A stretch of 64,000 nt of DNA from Macrostomum lignano (taxonomy: Eukaryota). Under the pieces are notes generated by a model that searched no databases, was not told the origin of the DNA, and saw only the letters and a list, made by a program, of their open reading frames with translations. The position numbers and the translations under genes were made by a program. The stretch covers positions 1 to 64,000 of the forward strand of contig NIVC01002273.1 of NCBI GenBank assembly GCA_002269645.1, in the 5' to 3' direction. Of the stretch, positions 58,473 through 64,000 are shown piece after piece (position 1 is the first letter of the stretch; every line of letters begins with the position of its first letter).

Positions 58473-61400
58473 ATGACAACCAGCGGAAGCAAAAATATTG
58501 GCTGTGCAAAGCCGTTTTTACAACGTCAACAGTCGCAGCACCATCAGGCGGATGATGGGCGTCAACAAAGACCTCAGAGACGCTGCATTTCTGCCTACAG
58601 ATTGTTGTCGATTGATCTGTACGACATTGAGCAGCGGATGAGCGCTGGCCACGGCGATCACGGCAGTGGCTACGACAGAGACCAACTGGTGCTGCTGGCT
58701 CGGCGATTTGCAGCTGGTTGCAGCGACGATGAGGACGGCGACGGGATGTCCGATGGTGAGCAATGCATGCAGTGTGGTGTGAGCGCGGGATGTCCGATGG
58801 CATGGAAGGGGGAATGTGGAGGGGGAATCCGAGGGAATGTGCAACGGTGAGCTATATAGGATCTGAGACCCAAATGATAAAGACTCAAATGGGAACTTTT
58901 TTAGAAGAATCAATTTGCAGAAATAATTGGTCGATGCGATGTCCGCTATGGCGAGTCAAACAAACTGGGGGCTTTCAGAACAATAGCAGATCAAGCAGTT
59001 GAGGTTGGTAGAGTTGCCATATAAAAAAATTGACATGATGGGCCAATGTGTCAAGCTGTCAGGCATGCAATGACGAGTGCCGCAGATAGGCATCAACCTG
59101 ACAGAGCAGAATACCTCGACTGTTTGACGGTTGACGATTCATTTTAATTGACCTATTGTTGGAAGCTTAGATATTTATGACGGGAAAACGTTAGATTTTA
59201 CTCTGCATTAGAATATACAATAGGATATACAATTAGGATATGCATTGGAATAAACACTGGGATTTTCAATTAGGATATACTTCAGTACATTATAATATAA
59301 ATTAGGATATACATTAGGATATACATCAGAAAATACTCAAATAGGGAGACGCATACGACTCCGCCATGAAAGTTTGTTTGTTAAACATCTCAACGTGATC
59401 ACATCACTTAGGATTTCGAACGTTTGCCAAATCCCAGTGACACAGTGGACACACCCTAGCCTGTTAATCGCATGCTGCATGTCCACTGTCACCAGAAGTT
59501 TTCCCAGAGCGCACAACCACAACTGCATACCCGTACAGCAATCCGATGTCAATGACGGATATGTATTTTTACATTGCACCGACGTTCAGTCGACGTACGA
59601 CGTCATTATCTGTCGATGTACTGCAAAAGCACAAATTTGTAATCGAAGTCAATAGAGGTCCGGAACGTCGGCCAGATGTCGCCGACGTCGGATAGTAATA
59701 GCTGTATAGCTATAATTAATACTCTCGCTTCAGGCGTCCAGGACATCGATCTCGGCAGGTCGGCAGACCTTCGCAACGCAACAGCCGGCTGGCTGCCCCG
59801 CTCCCAGTCCATGCTCTCTCGACCGCAGCTGCGGCCGCGACAATCCTCCACCATGCTGCTGCTCCCGAAATCAGGCGCGCCAGCTTCAACAACGGGGCCA
59901 ACAGCCGAGGCCGACAATCTCAACCGGATTCGCTACCTAACAGCTTGTGCTCAGTTTGGCGCGAAGCCGTCTCAGAAATTCGTCAACTGCCTGGTTAAAC
60001 AGTCGGCCATTGTGGAGCTGCGCGGCCTGCACCTGGGCCATAGTGGAGCCGCCGCTTGCGCCGCCGCGCTCAAGGTGAGAAGTTCCTGGAAGGAGTGAGT
60101 GCTCTCGCTTTATAGCGAGCTCAGCCATGACCCAGTATAGCAGATCAAGGGACTGGGCTTCTCTGAGGCCTCATCTGGCATTGATCTCATATTATATCAT
60201 GGCCACAGAGTCTGGTCAAAATTCATCAAAGCAACTTCGCACGGATCTGCAGTGGACCTTCAGTTGGTTGACTGCAGCACAGCAGACGTTGGAATCAGCA
60301 ACAGAAGCCGGTGTTCATCAATCAAATTGTCTCGGTTAAAACAGAAATCATTGCATGCCATACATACGAGAATCATGTAACGATTTGATAAGCACGCCTA
60401 CTTGAGGGCCTACTTGAGGACGAGAGAAGTCAGGGCAGAGCTTGAAGTGTTGCTTGGCCTAAGACTGACACACTGGGGGGAGTAGCCTCTTATGAATATG
60501 TACCATGGTATGCCCATGTTTCATTTCAGAGCCAGAAAGTACATTTATTTGGCATTAGCAATTCCTGTTCCAATTTTACTTTCAGTCAGTAACAAAAATT
60601 TCAAATACAATGGCGGGTTCTAATCGGCTTCGCGTGTGCCAGTCTGAGGTTTCTGAGATGTCAACTTCGCATTTAAGCACGAATTTAATCACCTGGCTTG
60701 GAACTGTGTCTATCAGTTCACACCTGTCTCATTGTACAGCGCACTGAATGGATTAGTCAGTGCTTCTCTCTGCCAGCTTTCCACGATATAGTATTCAGTT
60801 TGTAGAGAATTAAAAGTCACGGGAAAAATTTCTATTGAATTGGAAAATCTCAGAATCTAATATTGCTTGAACTTTTATAATTAAACTTTTAATTCGTGAC
60901 GGACAGTAGGGATTGGGTTTTTCTGCCCGGTAACACAGGATAAAAATCGTGATTCCAGAACAATGCGCATCTTCGCTCGCTAATCCTCGAGGACAATGAG
61001 CTGCGCTGCCTCGGCTGCCAGCAGCTGCTGCCCATCGTTATGGACAATCCATTCCTCACTGAGCTGGTGAGTCAGTCACGCTGACGCTGGAGTCTTGCCC
61101 ACCATCCTGAATGTACATACTGCCCTCAATGTACACACTGCTCTCAATGTACACACTGCCCTCAATGTACACACTGCCCTCAATATACACACTGCCCTCA
61201 ATGTACACACTGCTCTCAATGTACACACTGCCCTCAATGTACTCACTGCCCTCAATGTACACACTGCCCTCAATGTACACACTGCCCTCAATGTACACAC
61301 TGCCCTCAATGTACACACTGCCCTCAATGTACACACTGCCCTCAATGTACACACTGCCCTCAATGTACACACTGCCCTCAATGTACACACTGCTCTCAAT

Positions 61401-62374
61401 GTACACACTGCCCTCAATGTAAGCAGTGTCCTCAATGTATACACCACCCCAAATATACACCGAAGCCACTCTCACACCACCCCAAATATACACTAAGCCA
61501 CTCTCACACCACCCCAAATATACACTGCAGCCACTCTCACACCACCCCAAATATACACTGAAGCCACTCTCACACCACCCCAAATATACACTGCAGCCAC
61601 TCTCACACCACCCCAAATATACACTGCAGCCACTCTCACACCACCCCAAATATACACTGAAGCCACTCTCACACCACCCAAAATATACACTGAAGCCACT
61701 CTCACACCACCCCAAATATACACTGAAGCCACTCTCACACCACCCAAAATATACACTGAAGCCACTCTCACACCATCCCTAAATGAAGCAAAGCACTCCG
61801 AGCACAAATCAATCAACACCGAAAGTAAATCCATTTCGTTAAGATTTGACTCTGCCACTCTTCAACCAACAGAGACTGATCAATAACGCCATCAACTTGA
61901 GAGGCCTGACCCAACTCACCGATGCTTTGATTAAAACTGGTAGCCTGAAAATTCTCGACCTCTCAGGTAAGTCTGAAAAGAACTGAAAGGGAAGGCATGC
62001 TTGAAGAGCCTTTCTTTTGTCTTGCACTTTGGCAAATAAAAGCCCGTTGAAAGAAGAGCCTATTTGAACTTCTCACCTCAGCTGCAATGCGTCGTTTTGT
62101 TTTAGGAAACCGATTCGAGGAGAAGTGCGGACTGCAGCTGCGAAGACTGCTTGAGGTAGAGGAGAAACTTTTTTTTAATTTAAGAAAAGTACTGGAGTAA
62201 CAAATTTTGAGGGTCAAGCCTGCTCACACTGACACTGAGCTCAAAAGTATTTTAATTACAGAGTGAAATGCCATATTTACCGTATTTTGCAGGAAAACCG
62301 GTCCATCGAGGAGCTGCACGTGGGGCATAACAACTTTAGAGAGAAAGGTACCATCGCGATCGCGTACGGATTAG
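58473..62374 (+). CDS. LRRC74-like ribonuclease-inhibitor-type LRR protein, 5' part; continues beyond window
   Basis: Phase-compatible exons: 58473 (start uncertain)-58755, 59734-60074 (RYLTACAQFGAKPS..VELRGLHLGHSGAAACAAALK), 60959-61066 (LRSLILEDNEL), 61873-61966 (RLINNAI..LKILDLSG), 62106-62155, 62293-62374 (IEELHVGHNNF). YLxAC plus the LRR register resembles LRRC74A/B. Confidence 0.85.
61110..61775. repeat. Two abutting intronic minisatellites (18-bp then 33-bp)
   Basis: cactgccctcaatgtaca at 61110-61420; caccaccccaaatatacactgaagccactctca at 61440-61775. Confidence 0.93.
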
Positions 62375-62509
62375 GTGAGACAGAAGATTAACTGACAATA
62401 TGACTGACTGACTAACAGATTGATTAGCAGAAATGCAGGAAGACAGGTACACTACGACATACTCGTATTTAATCGGATAAATCTTTAAGCGACACATCGA
62501 CAAACACTA

Positions 62510-64000
62510 ATACAGGAACCAGGTCAGGCATCAAGTCAGACACCGAGTAAGACATCAAGTCAGACACCAAGTCAGGCACCAAATCAGGCTTCAAGTCAGA
62601 CACCGAGTCAGACACCAAGTCAGGCACCAAGTCAGGCACCAAGTCAGACACCAAGTCAGACACCAAGTCAGACACCAAGTCAGACACCAAGTCAGACACC
62701 AAGTCAGACATCAAGTCAGACACCAGGTCAGACACCAAGTCAGACACCAAGTCAGACACCAAGTCAGACACCAAGTCAGACACCAAGTCAGACACCAAGT
62801 CAGACACCAGCTCAAGCATCAAGTCAGACACCAAGTCAGACACCAAGTCAGACACCAAGTCAGACATCAAGTCAGACATCAAGTCAGACACCAGGTCAGA
62901 CACCAAGTCAGACACCAAGTCAGACACCAAGTCAGACACCAAGTCAGACACCAAGTCAGACACCAAGTCAGACACCAAGTCAGACACCAAGTCAGACACC
63001 AAGTCAGACATCAAGTCAGACACCAGGTCAGACACCAAGTCAGACACCAAGTCAGACACCAAGTCAGACACCAAGTCAGACACCAAGTCAGGCACCAAGT
63101 CAGACACCAGATCAAGCATCAAGTCAGACACCAAGTCAGACACCAGATCAAGCACCAAGTCAGACACCAGGTCAGAAACCAGGTCAGACATCAAGTCAGA
63201 CACCAAGTCAGACACCAAGTCAGACACCAAGTCAGACACCAAGTCAGACACCAAGTCAGACACCAAGTCAGACACCAAGTCAGACACCAAGTCAGACACC
63301 AAATCAGACATCAAGTCAGACACCAAGTCAGACACCAAGTCAGACACCAAGTCAGACACCAAGTCAGACACCAAGTCAGACACCAAGTCAGACATCAAGT
63401 CAGACACCAGGTCAGACACCAAGTCAGACACCAAGTCAGACACCAAGTCAGACACCAAGTCAGACACCAAGTCAGACACCAAGTCAGACACCAAGTCAGA
63501 CACCAAGTCAGACACCAAGTCAGACACCAAGTCAGACACCAAGTCAGACACCAAGTCAGACACCAAGTCAGACACCAAGTCAGACACCAAGTCAGACACC
63601 AAGTCAGGCACCAAGTCAGACACCAAGTCAGACACCAAGTCAGACACCAAGTCAGACACCAAGTCAGACACCAGATCAAGCACCAAGTCAGACACCAGGT
63701 CAGAAACCAGGTCAGACATCAAGTCAGACACCAAGTCAGACATCAAGTCAGACACCAAGTCAGACACCAAGTCAGACACCAAGTCAGACACCAAGTCAGA
63801 CACCAAGTCAGACACCAAGTCAGACACCAAGTCAGACACCAAGTCAGACACCAAGTCAGACACCAAGTCAGACACCAAGTCAGACACCAAGTCAGGCACC
63901 AAGTCAGACACCAAGTCAGACACCAAGTCAGACACCAAGTCAGACACCAAGTCAGACACCAGATCAAGCACCAAGTCAGACACCAGGTCAGAAACCAGGT
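62510..64000. repeat. 12-bp satellite in LRR gene intron, runs off the window
   Basis: (caccaagtcaga)n with sporadic variants. Confidence 0.97.

Overview
Eukaryotic (animal) genomic DNA with GT-AG introns, GC-rich exons and about 20 minisatellite arrays. The overall style resembles the flatworm Macrostomum, but that is inference only. Four host genes can be reconstructed by hand: a Turtle/IGSF9-like Ig-FN3-TM receptor (+, 5' end not found), a 78-aa single-LIM MLP/CRP-like gene that the ORF track misses (+), a complete 4-exon acylamino-acid-releasing enzyme (APEH-like, -), and the 5' part of an LRRC74-like LRR gene (+). The centre holds an intact 10.4-kb Ty3/Gypsy LTR retrotransposon (apparently identical 828-bp LTRs, CTGG TSD, tRNA-Gln PBS, single 1921-aa gag-pol ORF). 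It is inserted into the tyrosine-recombinase gene of an internally deleted Ngaro/DIRS element. Also present are decayed mariner, Merlin (IS1595-like) and MULE transposons, several MITEs, Helitron-type ends and two tRNA-derived SINE families. Most notable observations: (1) a cold-shock domain inside the Gypsy Gag region, between the zinc knuckle and the protease; (2) repeated antisense Tudor-like motifs in the same element's 3' region; (3) a tandem pair of intronless small Cys-rich genes resembling a bacterial hypothetical-protein family; (4) a ~4-kb block in which CpG appears almost completely converted to TpG/CpA. All coordinates and counts were read by eye; no database searches were run.
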